NCBI GenBank assembly: GCA_016744085.1
Contig: JADGFE010000001.1
Location: 1-55,191 of the forward strand
Origin: Kiritimatiellales bacterium
GTDB taxonomy: Bacteria > Verrucomicrobiota > Kiritimatiellia > Kiritimatiellales > Pontiellaceae
DNA: 55,191 nt
Direction of reading: 5' to 3'
The stretch's first letter is position 1; each line of letters starts with the position of its first letter. Below, in pieces: positions 39,601 to 48,550 of the stretch. A model generated the notes under the pieces. It worked only from the letters and a program-made list of their open reading frames with translations, made no database searches and was not told where the DNA came from. The position numbers were made by a program, and so were the translations under genes.

Positions 39601-42600
39601 ATTTTTTGATGGGTTGCCATTCGCGCCAAGGAGGTCCAAGTGGGAATGAACACCATGCATTCGCTGGCAAGTAACCATTGCCGGATAACCTGAATACGAT
39701 CTTCATTTAAAATCCCTGCATGGGTAAGACACGAGAACCAGATCATGCCGATATTCTGTTCAATTCGAGTAAAACCTGGTCGCCGATTTTCATACGAACT
39801 ACGGCGTTTCGCAGATAAATCCGCTATAACCATTTCAACTTTACAAGCACTCAACCTTCCGGAAAGCAAGCGAGCCTGCAATAAATACCATGGCAATAAT
39901 GGCTGATAATATTCCTCAAGATCCCTTCTTGAATCTGACCGAGAATGATCAATTTCATCTTTTTTAGGTAAAAGATCATCTGTAGTAAGATCCTTACGTT
40001 TTAGGGCTACATATAGACTATGCCACCTCAGTATAACTTCCGGTTTATCGTCTGATATCGATAGATAATCAATAAGTCCGGGGCGATGCTGTTCAAGGCA
40101 ATTTATGGCTAACCGCTTTTGGCCTTGGTTTGCCAATGCTTCTGCAAGACAAATAACACTGAGTACATTTACGTGTTGCTTCGGCTCGCCATCATGACGA
40201 ACCAACCGGCCATGGCGAAGGAGAATCAGCGCCAGATGTTTTGCAACTTTCGTTGGCAATAACACTCCTACGGCATTGAGTTCAACCGTAGCTCCTAGAA
40301 GGGAGTTTGCTGGAAAACGAGAGTTGTTAACCAGCTTCAGAGCACAGTTTTTTCCATATAAATCGATTAACTCGTGTATTAGGAGCGCTCCATGATCGAA
40401 ACGATTATCTAATGGCAACCAGCGTCTTAGCTCTCTTATTGCCGAATTTTCACCGCGTAAGTGATGAGCTGTAAGTATGAATGCGATAATATCTTTGTTA
40501 TTTATCCCTTCTCGTTCATGATCATCCTCATCTACAGATGTCCGGGACCATTCACGTAACCACACATTTGCTTGGCGCAAAAAACCAAATGCCTCTGGCC
40601 TGCAGTCCTCATTGACTGAAAGCATGAGCGCTCGGTGGACAAGGTTCGAACCGCGCCACTGGTTTACGTGTTTTCTGAAAACCATGTCTACTAAGAACTG
40701 AGTATCGTTGAGTGCGCTAACCAACGTTGCATGGTTCAGCAAGAACTCTCCCTGTCTATCCTTTGATGCCAGTTCTTCAGATGCTCGTAGCAAAAGGCAC
40801 ATCACGTCTCGAACACGGTTTTCTGAAAGCATCGCCTTCATTGCATACTGCACTCGCCGGAGAATTATGTCCCTACGAGCGATTACTCCTTCGTTATCAG
40901 GGGCATTATGCTCCAAAGCCAGTTGAAGTAGTTCCGCGAACTCTCCGGCACAGTAAAGTATTCTAGGCAAGACTGCGGCCACATAGGGATCGGTCTCTGC
41001 CAGAGGACGCAGCCGAACGGCTAAGTCCTTGTAACCGGTTGCATCACGGTCATAGGTCTCGCGGAACCATGTTTCCACAGGTTCATCACGAAACTGAAGT
41101 GCGCCGTCCTTAACTAGAAATGGATGCCCCATATCAGATGCAAAACTAATTACGGCGGCATCAGGTATATTGGCGGCATGTGCAAGAACAGCTATGGGCA
41201 CCATAGGTGGAAGAAAAGCCAAAGCAAAACACAATTGATCTATGTCGCAGGGATTCGTCGCATGAACTCGAGCCTTCTCCAATGATGTCTCTACCTGATT
41301 ACAAATTACATCATCAACAGACCTTGCAGACGGACCCAATATCTCCATTAACTCATTAAGATTTTTAGATAACTGAAGCACATAAGACTGGGTTCTTGGG
41401 TTCTGACTGGTTAATCGGTGAAATATATCAACGGCATTATCATTTGCGTCTGGATATTTCTTATGAAGGTGCTTACGTGACTCGTCTCTACAGAAAGCAT
41501 TTAAAAGGATCTTACAACAGTCCTGCCGGAGTGCTAACAATTCCAGCCGTTCAGTTCGTGCCATGGCGACGATCCGGCACCCTTCAGGGGGATTTTCCTG
41601 TAGAAGTCCTAAAACAAATGCTCGCTCCTGACGGTCATTTGCTGCCATCACAGAATTATCCGCTGCATCTAGGATGATCAGAACTATGCTACCCGGCCTG
41701 CTTCTCCGCACTGACTCAACAGCTTGCTGTACACGTTGCCTGAATACATTGAAATATTGAGAAGGTTGCGTGCCGACAACGGGAAGGAGGGGATCACATA
41801 GCCCTTTACCGGAAAGCTCATTAATTATTTGAACAATGCCATAACGATGCTCATGACGGGGGATCCTATCCCTCCTGTACTCACCTCCGGCAAATCCATC
41901 AAATATAACCGAAACAGAGCCCGCTGGCATTAATTCAGGCAGACGGTTTGCCATGACTGATTTCCCAACACCACCAGACGCATGAATAACAATCGTTGTT
42001 TGGGCGTTGTATATCTGTTCGGCGATTTCACTCTCCTGCGTCCGGGAAAAAACTTCTTCACACTCTTCAAAACGGGGAGGTGCAGGATATAGTTCATCCT
42101 CCGAAATATTCAGGGCTACCAGTAGATTTTCTTTTCTAATTGTTGGATCCGCAACAGAGTCTGAGAGCGTATTTTGGTATACGAGCTTTGTAAGACACAT
42201 CTGCACATTTAAGTCCCTGCTTGCTGCGAAGCTATGAACATCACCGGCAAGAGCTGCCTCCTGTTCAACACGGTTCTTCTGTTCTCCAGAAAAATCAAGA
42301 GTGGTTAAAAATTCAGAGAACAAGCCATCATCAGAGCCATATGACTTCTTAATGGTTAGATAAGCGTTTCGAGCATGCCCTTTTAGCCGAGCTTCAGACC
42401 CCGCAAAAGTAGCATTAATGGCCTTAAATATATTTTCAGAGATTGGACGATTCGTAAAAAACTGAAACCTGACCTTTGCCAGTATCTCTGTTGCTCCATA
42501 TTGCCCAACCAAAACCCTAAACCGTTCAGAAAAACCGACAATAACATCTTTTATTTCACCAGCAGTCCACATCGCATTAGGAGATGTCGTTGAATGTTTC

Positions 42601-42851
42601 AGCTGGCTGTATACAACCTGTCGAGCTTGATCTATTTGCTCACCGCCAAAGTACTCAGCCATATCAACAACGAGCAGACCTTTGGTTGATAGAGCGCGTT
42701 CTCTTTCGGAAATTCCCTCAATGGAGACTGCGACGAGATCGTTTCGGCAATCTAGAATTCGTAAACAACGCCGTGCTGCCCATAACACGTGAAAGTCATC
42801 GCCGTCATTTCTATATCTGACTTTCTTTAGATCTTCAGTCATCGCGGACAT
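36627..42851 (-). CDS. avs3a: AVAST type 3 nuclease-STAND ATPase Avs3a
   Basis: DGDDFHVLWAARRCLR, D..EYFG and QLKHS nuclease motifs; Walker A ASGGVGKS; Walker B IILDAADN; FRDEPVETWFR; 2074 aa. Confidence 0.92.
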   Translation of the reverse strand: MSAMTEDLKKVRYRNDGDDFHVLWAARRCLRILDCRNDLVAVSIEGISERERALSTKGLLVVDMAEYFGGEQIDQARQVVYSQLKHSTTSPNAMWTAGEIKDVIVGFSERFRVLVGQYGATEILAKVRFQFFTNRPISENIFKAINATFAGSEARLKGHARNAYLTIKKSYGSDDGLFSEFLTTLDFSGEQKNRVEQEAALAGDVHSFAASRDLNVQMCLTKLVYQNTLSDSVADPTIRKENLLVALNISEDELYPAPPRFEECEEVFSRTQESEIAEQIYNAQTTIVIHASGGVGKSVMANRLPELMPAGSVSVIFDGFAGGEYRRDRIPRHEHRYGIVQIINELSGKGLCDPLLPVVGTQPSQYFNVFRQRVQQAVESVRRSRPGSIVLIILDAADNSVMAANDRQERAFVLGLLQENPPEGCRIVAMARTERLELLALRQDCCKILLNAFCRDESRKHLHKKYPDANDNAVDIFHRLTSQNPRTQSYVLQLSKNLNELMEILGPSARSVDDVICNQVETSLEKARVHATNPCDIDQLCFALAFLPPMVPIAVLAHAANIPDAAVISFASDMGHPFLVKDGALQFRDEPVETWFRETYDRDATGYKDLAVRLRPLAETDPYVAAVLPRILYCAGEFAELLQLALEHNAPDNEGVIARRDIILRRVQYAMKAMLSENRVRDVMCLLLRASEELASKDRQGEFLLNHATLVSALNDTQFLVDMVFRKHVNQWRGSNLVHRALMLSVNEDCRPEAFGFLRQANVWLREWSRTSVDEDDHEREGINNKDIIAFILTAHHLRGENSAIRELRRWLPLDNRFDHGALLIHELIDLYGKNCALKLVNNSRFPANSLLGATVELNAVGVLLPTKVAKHLALILLRHGRLVRHDGEPKQHVNVLSVICLAEALANQGQKRLAINCLEQHRPGLIDYLSISDDKPEVILRWHSLYVALKRKDLTTDDLLPKKDEIDHSRSDSRRDLEEYYQPLLPWYLLQARLLSGRLSACKVEMVIADLSAKRRSSYENRRPGFTRIEQNIGMIWFSCLTHAGILNEDRIQVIRQWLLASECMVFIPTWTSLARMATHQKISSEQVISFAHEAIILIEREHMTASDTADAYAKLSAAMLCCDKVEAGLLLERGFEVLDKIDMEARARLDLACELAWKTGKNIQGTAEDAYNLSRVAELIHKYDDHKFPWTNMASAIAELHPPSVFTILGRWQDRNVGWFDENLPVALKTLLYKGVINSEVLIAFNSVGMYWRYENVIQFLLQKNPHVFDDGAFRELLLRDIEINQDTIHVSPDVRGQLAQHGIESRWIREKEPEEEYVPSVRVSRVAPDNKDSEPVIPDGADLTSPAVIDQIMSRNHRRRNFTSWGQLFSIIRSKVPLEQRDAHITSLAYLKEPHEDAVVDALKAAFVDWGKSLRTQKAVKSATRTLLDVRIIDLATPRYRMHERIGLLAELTGMEEPDVITHLLTGIIDHLEEFSTSDVIRFVEKYLRYLDSSDALEILRYVTKQFDTQVRDDDGDGNWELQFAPPESLPKSMAGLLWSLLGSPQSELRWKTAHTLRRLAFLGQCSIVDAVIGFFENDNPQKYTDSRLPFFYMHAQLYLLIALARIAEETPDVLLKHSGWLSEVALKQSHIQIRHFARQAALSLEKYQSGTYEAQVLRDLTNVNMSQHAPVEDPEERTHGRGKWRSRKDSRYLFHMDLSDGWFSSLARTFADTTVDDIETMAASTILDEWEITDSTGAWTEDPRNSLGIHNSSYGSVSKYSYPAYDDYSFYLSLHAMMVVAGKLLATKPIAVDRWSDVNWPDWMKDHILTCDDGTWIADYRDPNPLNTPDITKAEYSKNWEWSVTQDDIDGSLFSSADKQIVVGWGNWTTHNNGQEEDVRINSALVSPENSLSLLSALQTCERFSDYCIPWAGSDMSIIRNPFFMKGWITLHDREKHLDGLDPLSGAIYYPPNAPRPGIMRMFELEESKDKRTWKTSDGMTVMNSEVWGEWRDEHRGSHSQYGERITMSMNFMLRMLSRLNKDMIVEVQIRRKQERYSRDSYGYLEPYCKLYVLKKDGMLYDFYGSSKIG

Positions 42852-42891
42852 CCAGAAATAGTATCTGAAACTGATTAGATTCCATGCTCAT

Positions 42892-43989
42892 CTAGCCGAG
42901 TTCTCCTTCTTCGGTTTTCAGAGCCTGGAGGTTGGATTCCTTTGGTTTTACTATCACAAGTTCATCAATCAGGCGGTCCGGATTAACAAATAGCTCCGGC
43001 GTTTCTTCCTCTGGGATGTCTTCCAGCATCAGTGCCGCCTTGGCCTGTTCAAAGGCTGTATTAACCGAAAGACCGAAACCAATAGCTGAGTAGAAGGCGG
43101 CAGAGAAGACGCGCGCGGCCTCATCGCCAATCCCGGTATTCATGCCGATAGCGGCGTCCACATGTTGTACGACGGCTTCGGCCTGAGGACGGGAATAACA
43201 GGCGTTGAAGAAGACCAAACGAATGGAACCGGACGCAGCCATCATGGTCTGTACGATGGCATCCTTACTGACCAGCTTGGTGCAACCCTGTGCGTCTTGA
43301 AATACGAGTTCCTCGGCATCCGACCCATGTCCGCTAAAATGGATAATAGCGGGTTCGTGTTCGTTAAGAGCCTGCAAGATATCAAGAGGGCGTGCCGCCC
43401 AATAGGAGACCAGTTCGACCGAGTCCCGGTGGCGCGACGCACGGATCTGGGTGGTTATTTCCCGCACCTCTTCGTCCAGTCGCAGGTGATTCTGATCCAG
43501 CGGATTGGAGGCAAGGAAAAGTACCTTTATCTTATCCGGAAGTTGTTGAAGCTCCTGCAATATCGTGTAGGTGGCACTATGAATCTCTCCATGTTCCTGT
43601 AACGTGCTGGAGATATCTTTCATGCGCCGGGCATGTTCATTCGCCTGTTTGTCGGCTTCACGCTTAAGCTTGCCCATCTCCCGTTTTTCTTCACGGGCAA
43701 TTTTCGACTCTTCCTGAGACAGCTCCTTTTGCCTCTGACCTATCCGCTTTTCGATATCCGCAACCTTTTTTTCCTCGCGCGCACCATCTTTTTGCAATCG
43801 CTCGATCTCACGCATCTTGCTATTAAGTATGGAAGAATTAGTTGTGCGCGAGGCCGACTGTGAAGCCGAGTTGATGCGGTTCGAAAGCTGCGCGATTCGG
43901 CTCATTACCCGAGCCTTATCGCTTTGCAACTTAGCAATGTCCTCTCGCTTTCGCTGTGCCGTTCTTCGATAGCTATTCAATAGACTCAT
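42892..43989 (-). CDS. Coiled-coil + CHAT (caspase-like) protease domain protein
   Basis: N-terminal coiled coil; VLFLASNP, L.LDEE, IHFSGHG (His), FNACYS (Cys). Confidence 0.88.
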   Translation of the reverse strand: MSLLNSYRRTAQRKREDIAKLQSDKARVMSRIAQLSNRINSASQSASRTTNSSILNSKMREIERLQKDGAREEKKVADIEKRIGQRQKELSQEESKIAREEKREMGKLKREADKQANEHARRMKDISSTLQEHGEIHSATYTILQELQQLPDKIKVLFLASNPLDQNHLRLDEEVREITTQIRASRHRDSVELVSYWAARPLDILQALNEHEPAIIHFSGHGSDAEELVFQDAQGCTKLVSKDAIVQTMMAASGSIRLVFFNACYSRPQAEAVVQHVDAAIGMNTGIGDEAARVFSAAFYSAIGFGLSVNTAFEQAKAALMLEDIPEEETPELFVNPDRLIDELVIVKPKESNLQALKTEEGELG

Positions 43990-44154
43990 TTTTACCTCTT
44001 TCACATCGACATACCAGATGGAGGCGATGGTGACGAACTCGATGCGCCGAAAGAGTCAGCCCCGTGAAATACTATTTTTTCCAGTTCCTAAACCCACTTA
44101 AGCCGCCCCTTCAAAAATACGGTTTACAATAGATCTAGAGATTGTGCCCTAAAT

Positions 44155-44307
44155 TTATGCCATTCCATCACTCCGAGTAGAGTCCTCTATCTCGGATCTG
44201 GCAACCTTGTCCTTATCGAACTCTTTCTTGATAAAGATTCCCAGAACAGCAGCAATCGCTATCCCAAAAAAAGCTTTAGTCCGCATCGTAATAGGTGCGA
44301 ATTCCAT
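44155..44307 (-). CDS. Small single-TM protein (50 aa)
   Basis: Read manually: MEFAPITMRTKAFFGIAIAAVLGIFIKKEFDKDK...; GAGGGG RBS; 16 nt after the LRAT stop. Confidence 0.55.
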   Translation of the reverse strand: MEFAPITMRTKAFFGIAIAAVLGIFIKKEFDKDKVARSEIEDSTRSDGMA

Positions 44308-44323
44308 TCTTGTACCCCTCATA

Positions 44324-44671
44324 TTAATACCTCACTTGATAGCAGTGCCTGGAGAAATCCTCACAATTTTTGAGTAGGAAATCATACTGCTTGTTGAATT
44401 CATTTTTCGTAGCACCCAAAACCTTAAGGGCTTCTTTCTTTACTGCAATTTGGTGCGCCCGGTTCTTCGGCTCTGCCCGCACCGAAACACGCTTCCCATC
44501 TGCAAATTTACGAAGTGATGTTTTTACTATCACCGCAGATTTGTCTTTTTTCTCGTTAGCAATGTAATGAACAACCTGATTGTTTCCAACGTAGATTCCC
44601 ACATGCTTAAAGACAGTACCGCCGACACCTCTAAGCGGACGCTGAACCATTGATCCAGATTTCATCTCCAT
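44324..44671 (-). CDS. LRAT-family (permuted NlpC/P60) domain protein
   Basis: HVGIYVG...VVH and Y.FL..NCEDF catalytic motifs; AAGGAAAGG RBS. Confidence 0.85.
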   Translation of the reverse strand: MEMKSGSMVQRPLRGVGGTVFKHVGIYVGNNQVVHYIANEKKDKSAVIVKTSLRKFADGKRVSVRAEPKNRAHQIAVKKEALKVLGATKNEFNKQYDFLLKNCEDFSRHCYQVRY

Positions 44672-44701
44672 ACCTTTCCTTTAGATTTAACGCACACAAT
44701 A

Positions 44702-47011
44702 TTAATTTCGAATTCGAATTTCATTTTCAGAACGAACACGAACAGGTACCAACTGCGGAATATGCGTTGCGATATCATTATAGATATCACCACTATATGA
44801 TGGTGCGGAAATAGAAACCACCGCTCCAAAACGAACTTGATCCATAACTCCATTTCGGGACATTGCATGCAGTACAAGCATTGGGTTATGTAATGATTTA
44901 GCCTGTTTTCGGACGCTGTTTCTTATTATTGTATCCCACTTGAGGTTTTTCTTCCGCAAGGTTTCTTCCGTACCTTTATGACCGCCTGAGTCTGACTTAG
45001 GCAATGAACTTATTCCCCAGCCTTCATCGGCTAGTTTTCGGGCCAACTCTTGATCCTCAACAATGTTTACATATCTCCCTTTTTGGGAAATTGGGTCAGT
45101 AAAACGGTATACGTCACTGTTCGGGTGGAAACTTTCCTCTATGCAATGAGATGTGTACTCCAACGTATCGAGATCATTGACCGCACTCTCGATAGCTATC
45201 GTCCACTGCAGAGTCACAAGCCCCGACAATTCGACTGCCTCCGGTATAGGTATTGGCAGCTTAATGTTTCTCGTCGGATCTATTGCCCCTTGATAAAGGA
45301 TTGTAGCCGTCTTTTCGGAGCAGTTTAAGTACGTATCAACATCATCACATATGCAACCATACCCATAATCAAAACATCGGAGTCCATCTGGATGATTTGC
45401 ATTATGAATGATTAACGACCTGGCAAGTAGCGGACTAACTCTATCAGCCATTCCAATTAGCTGAGCCGCAATTCCCGAAACTATAGGTGCTGAAAAGCTG
45501 GTGCCCTGGGAAAGCAACCGTCTGTTTTGATCAACCGACAATAAGTGTATCGGATTATTATCAGTACCTCCGAAGGCTAAAACATCAGGTTTGGTCTTTG
45601 CTCCTTCACGCCCCGGGCCACAGCATGAATACGGAGCTTTTTCATTATCTGCGTGTGCGCCAACGCCCAGCCCATTCACCATATCTGCTGGCGACTGAAT
45701 TCTATCATTTGGGGAAGCACAATCCCCATCATTTCCACAAGCCACAACAAATAACACATTATGCATGTGCGCTAGATTATCCAGCGAATATGAGAACCGT
45801 GAAATATTATCATCTAAGATCGGCCCCCTAGGACCAAAGCTCAGGTTATAAACATCAATATCGGATCTTGCTGGCACGACTTCCTCAATCAGATCAATCG
45901 CTTCGTAAAGGTCAATATCCAGCGCATCTTCCAGAGGAAAAACCCTAAAACTTTCAACTGACACATTAGGAGCTGGCAGTGACTCCCCTTGCTTATGCTG
46001 GTTTAAGGATCCGTATAACACGGCTCCCGCAACAGCAGTTCCATGGGCAACCGCTTGGATTTCTGGAGCAGATGATACTGAAAGATTGGAGCTTTCATTG
46101 CTATATGGGCTTAGTAACGGATGGTCTACCTTAATCCCTCCATCAAATATACCTACTTTAATTGATGATTTTTCTGAAATTTCCGGCGGTAATGGTGCCG
46201 AAATAGCGCTATCCCCAATATCCCGTACAACAGGAAATGAACTCATTTCCAGCGGGCGAATTGCACGCATGGGGTTGTAGTCATCAATGACATCCAAAAT
46301 CGTCTTCGTTGCATCCAAACTAATAAATGCGAGATTACTGGGATACACCCGTGATTTAACAGTTCCAGCATCCTCGCCAGAGGCATCCAGCAACGCTTTA
46401 AAGTGCTCCACAAGGTTGAGTTGATTATCCCGCGACGGGTGTAAAACAATTTCAACTTTTCCTGTTTTCCAGTCGTCAGTAAACCCCATGACTCGCTCAT
46501 CGGATTTCAAGAGATCAAGATTCTCTAGGCGGCATACATCCGCCATAAATGACATGGGTAGATTGGTTTGCGACTCATCCAGTAAGGCCTTCATTCTATC
46601 CAAGGCGGACACATGACTCCTTATAAAAATGGTTTTCCCTACAAACTCATTTTGCCCCTTTTTGATCTTGTTCTTCAAACGATCCGTATGGGTTATTTGA
46701 GTAGATTCGACATTCCATGCACGCGTTCCAATACGCTCGATTCCTGACACATTTCCAATGAAGGAAGACATGTCAAAACTTTTAGCCAGAGCCTCTGGGT
46801 GAACTCGAAGGCAATAGAAAAATTCATCCCCGAATCGCAGTTCAGGCGGTATTTCAACATATTGTTCCTTCAACAGATCGATATACTGAAAAAGGTCATG
46901 ACGGGCCTGATCATACGTTTTTGGGGGCGGCGCAGCATTGCCGCCATACTTACGTTCAACAGCTGATGTTAATGCTTCTCCATTTCCTAGGATTGGTCTT
47001 CTTCCTCTCAT
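44702..47011 (-). CDS. ietS: S8 subtilase, IetS-like
   Basis: Triad GIFDGG / HGTAVAG / GTSFSAP; NLSFG; CGND; overlaps the AAA gene. Confidence 0.9.
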   Translation of the reverse strand: MRGRRPILGNGEALTSAVERKYGGNAAPPPKTYDQARHDLFQYIDLLKEQYVEIPPELRFGDEFFYCLRVHPEALAKSFDMSSFIGNVSGIERIGTRAWNVESTQITHTDRLKNKIKKGQNEFVGKTIFIRSHVSALDRMKALLDESQTNLPMSFMADVCRLENLDLLKSDERVMGFTDDWKTGKVEIVLHPSRDNQLNLVEHFKALLDASGEDAGTVKSRVYPSNLAFISLDATKTILDVIDDYNPMRAIRPLEMSSFPVVRDIGDSAISAPLPPEISEKSSIKVGIFDGGIKVDHPLLSPYSNESSNLSVSSAPEIQAVAHGTAVAGAVLYGSLNQHKQGESLPAPNVSVESFRVFPLEDALDIDLYEAIDLIEEVVPARSDIDVYNLSFGPRGPILDDNISRFSYSLDNLAHMHNVLFVVACGNDGDCASPNDRIQSPADMVNGLGVGAHADNEKAPYSCCGPGREGAKTKPDVLAFGGTDNNPIHLLSVDQNRRLLSQGTSFSAPIVSGIAAQLIGMADRVSPLLARSLIIHNANHPDGLRCFDYGYGCICDDVDTYLNCSEKTATILYQGAIDPTRNIKLPIPIPEAVELSGLVTLQWTIAIESAVNDLDTLEYTSHCIEESFHPNSDVYRFTDPISQKGRYVNIVEDQELARKLADEGWGISSLPKSDSGGHKGTEETLRKKNLKWDTIIRNSVRKQAKSLHNPMLVLHAMSRNGVMDQVRFGAVVSISAPSYSGDIYNDIATHIPQLVPVRVRSENEIRIRN

Positions 47012-48138
47012 TTCGCAGCCCCTTTCTTAATATGATACTGCACACTCGTTGCGCTTAATCCAGATAGCTCAGCAAGCTTCCTTACCGGCATCTTTCTCCC
47101 CATAATTTTTTTCGTAATTCGACACAGATCACCTATCTTTTTTGAATCTTCGAGTCGTGTCTTCTCTAATAAAGTCTCCAACAAGGAATCGTTCAGAGGA
47201 TCCCCGCTGATCAAATGGTGCTTTATTGAATTATTGGCATATAAAACGATCTCGGAAGCATTTCTTCCATTTAACACCTCCGCTAAAACGTCCATTATTT
47301 CTGACGATATCGATTCAGAATAATCTCCAAACGCGCGCTGAACAATATTCACAGCCTGCTCTTTTCCCGGCAATGGAAGCGCAATGCATGAATCAAAACG
47401 CCGATAAATCGCCGCATCCAGCATTTCGGGATGATTAGTCGCTGCGATCAATATCGAACGAGCTGGCCATGATTCCATTTCCTTAAGCAGGACATTCACA
47501 ATTCGCTTCAGCTCGCCAACATCAGTCGAGTCATCTCTTCGCTTGGCAATCGCATCAAATTCATCAAGAAATAAGATGATCGAATCCTGTTTTGCAAAGT
47601 TGAATATTCTCTTAATATTCAGACCTGTATTGCCCAGTAAGCTAGAAATTGATGTAGCGAGATCAAATACTGCGAGCTTCATTCCAAGCTCCTGAGCTAG
47701 CCACGTTGCAAGCATAGTCTTACCCGTACCTGGCGCACCAGTCAGCAGTAACTTATTTGCAGGAAAAACCCCTGCCTCGAGCAGCTCGTCCGCCCTTATC
47801 CGCTCCTCAACGAATCGGCCCACTATCTTTTCGATACCTTCGCTGAAAACGGGTTTAAGTGCTCCCTGAACACGATCTTCAACCTGAAGCAGATTTGCAT
47901 GAGAATCACGATCTGCAGGAGGCGCAATTCCTACAGATCTAAAAGCTCCTGAACCTCTGGAATAACCTGACAGCACGGTTGCAACATCCCTAGATACGTC
48001 CGGAAACTCCTTTCGGAGCCGACGAACCAATGACATAGCTGTTAACTCGATATTTTTCTTGTCCTCAGATAGCCCCGCTTCTATCAACCTCGGTATATCT
48101 CCCATCCATCCATGTTCTACTTTATCTTTTTTTGCCAT
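47008..48138 (-). CDS. ietA: AAA+ ATPase with C-terminal HTH, IetA-like
   Basis: GAPGTGKT, FLDEFDAIAK.R, DVGELKRIVNVLL, AATNHP..LD.AI.RRFD; C-terminal VRKLAELSGLS. Confidence 0.92.
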   Translation of the reverse strand: MAKKDKVEHGWMGDIPRLIEAGLSEDKKNIELTAMSLVRRLRKEFPDVSRDVATVLSGYSRGSGAFRSVGIAPPADRDSHANLLQVEDRVQGALKPVFSEGIEKIVGRFVEERIRADELLEAGVFPANKLLLTGAPGTGKTMLATWLAQELGMKLAVFDLATSISSLLGNTGLNIKRIFNFAKQDSIILFLDEFDAIAKRRDDSTDVGELKRIVNVLLKEMESWPARSILIAATNHPEMLDAAIYRRFDSCIALPLPGKEQAVNIVQRAFGDYSESISSEIMDVLAEVLNGRNASEIVLYANNSIKHHLISGDPLNDSLLETLLEKTRLEDSKKIGDLCRITKKIMGRKMPVRKLAELSGLSATSVQYHIKKGAAK

Positions 48139-48186
48139 TTTATAGACTCTCTTTATGCACTCGTATTATTGAGTTATATTCATTTT

Positions 48187-48232
48187 TGTTCTACTAGAAA
48201 TATATTTACAATATTATAGAACATATTGTCAA
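48187..48232 (-). promoter_or_regulatory. Putative promoter/operator of the ietA run
   Basis: TTGACA on minus strand (48232-48227) in AT-rich DNA; TGTTCTA-N23-TAGAACA inverted repeat; -10 box not clean. Confidence 0.4.
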
Positions 48233-48275
48233 GGATCTGATTCACAGCAACAAATGCTACTCCATATATAAAAAT

Positions 48276-48550
48276 ACACTCGCATCGCCATGCCAAACGA
48301 TCACCATTCAGAATGAACTGGGATTGAGAACTTTAGGATTTTGGGTGCCGGAAGTTCGCTTTATGCAACGACTGGTGTCCGAGTCGGATGCACTGGGGTT
48401 TAGGTGACGGTAAGATTCATAGAAAAAGTTCGCTTTGCCATATTGAATGGTGACCAGTCAGGATGAACTGGGGGTGCATTTCTGGGGGTGCTGGAAACGC
48501 AGGTTCGTATTACCGTATTGAAAGGTGTCCTATCGGGAAAAACTGGGGTT
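48276..48550. repeat. Array of four degenerate ~48-bp repeats with unique ~25-bp spacers, 75-bp period
   Basis: ACTGGG at 48317, 48392, 48467 and 48542 (exactly 75 apart); GTTCG at 48354, 48428 and 48503; central GGTG(A/T)CC hairpin in three copies. Confidence 0.75.

Noticed and set aside
44030-44070. Possible hammerhead-like motif
   Set aside because: The CTGATGA core is absent and the stems do not form.
48276-48550. Calling the array a canonical CRISPR or integron attC set
   Set aside because: Repeats are too divergent, there are no cas genes or integron integrase, and there is no RYYYAAC/GTTRRRY consensus; kept as an unexplained repeat.
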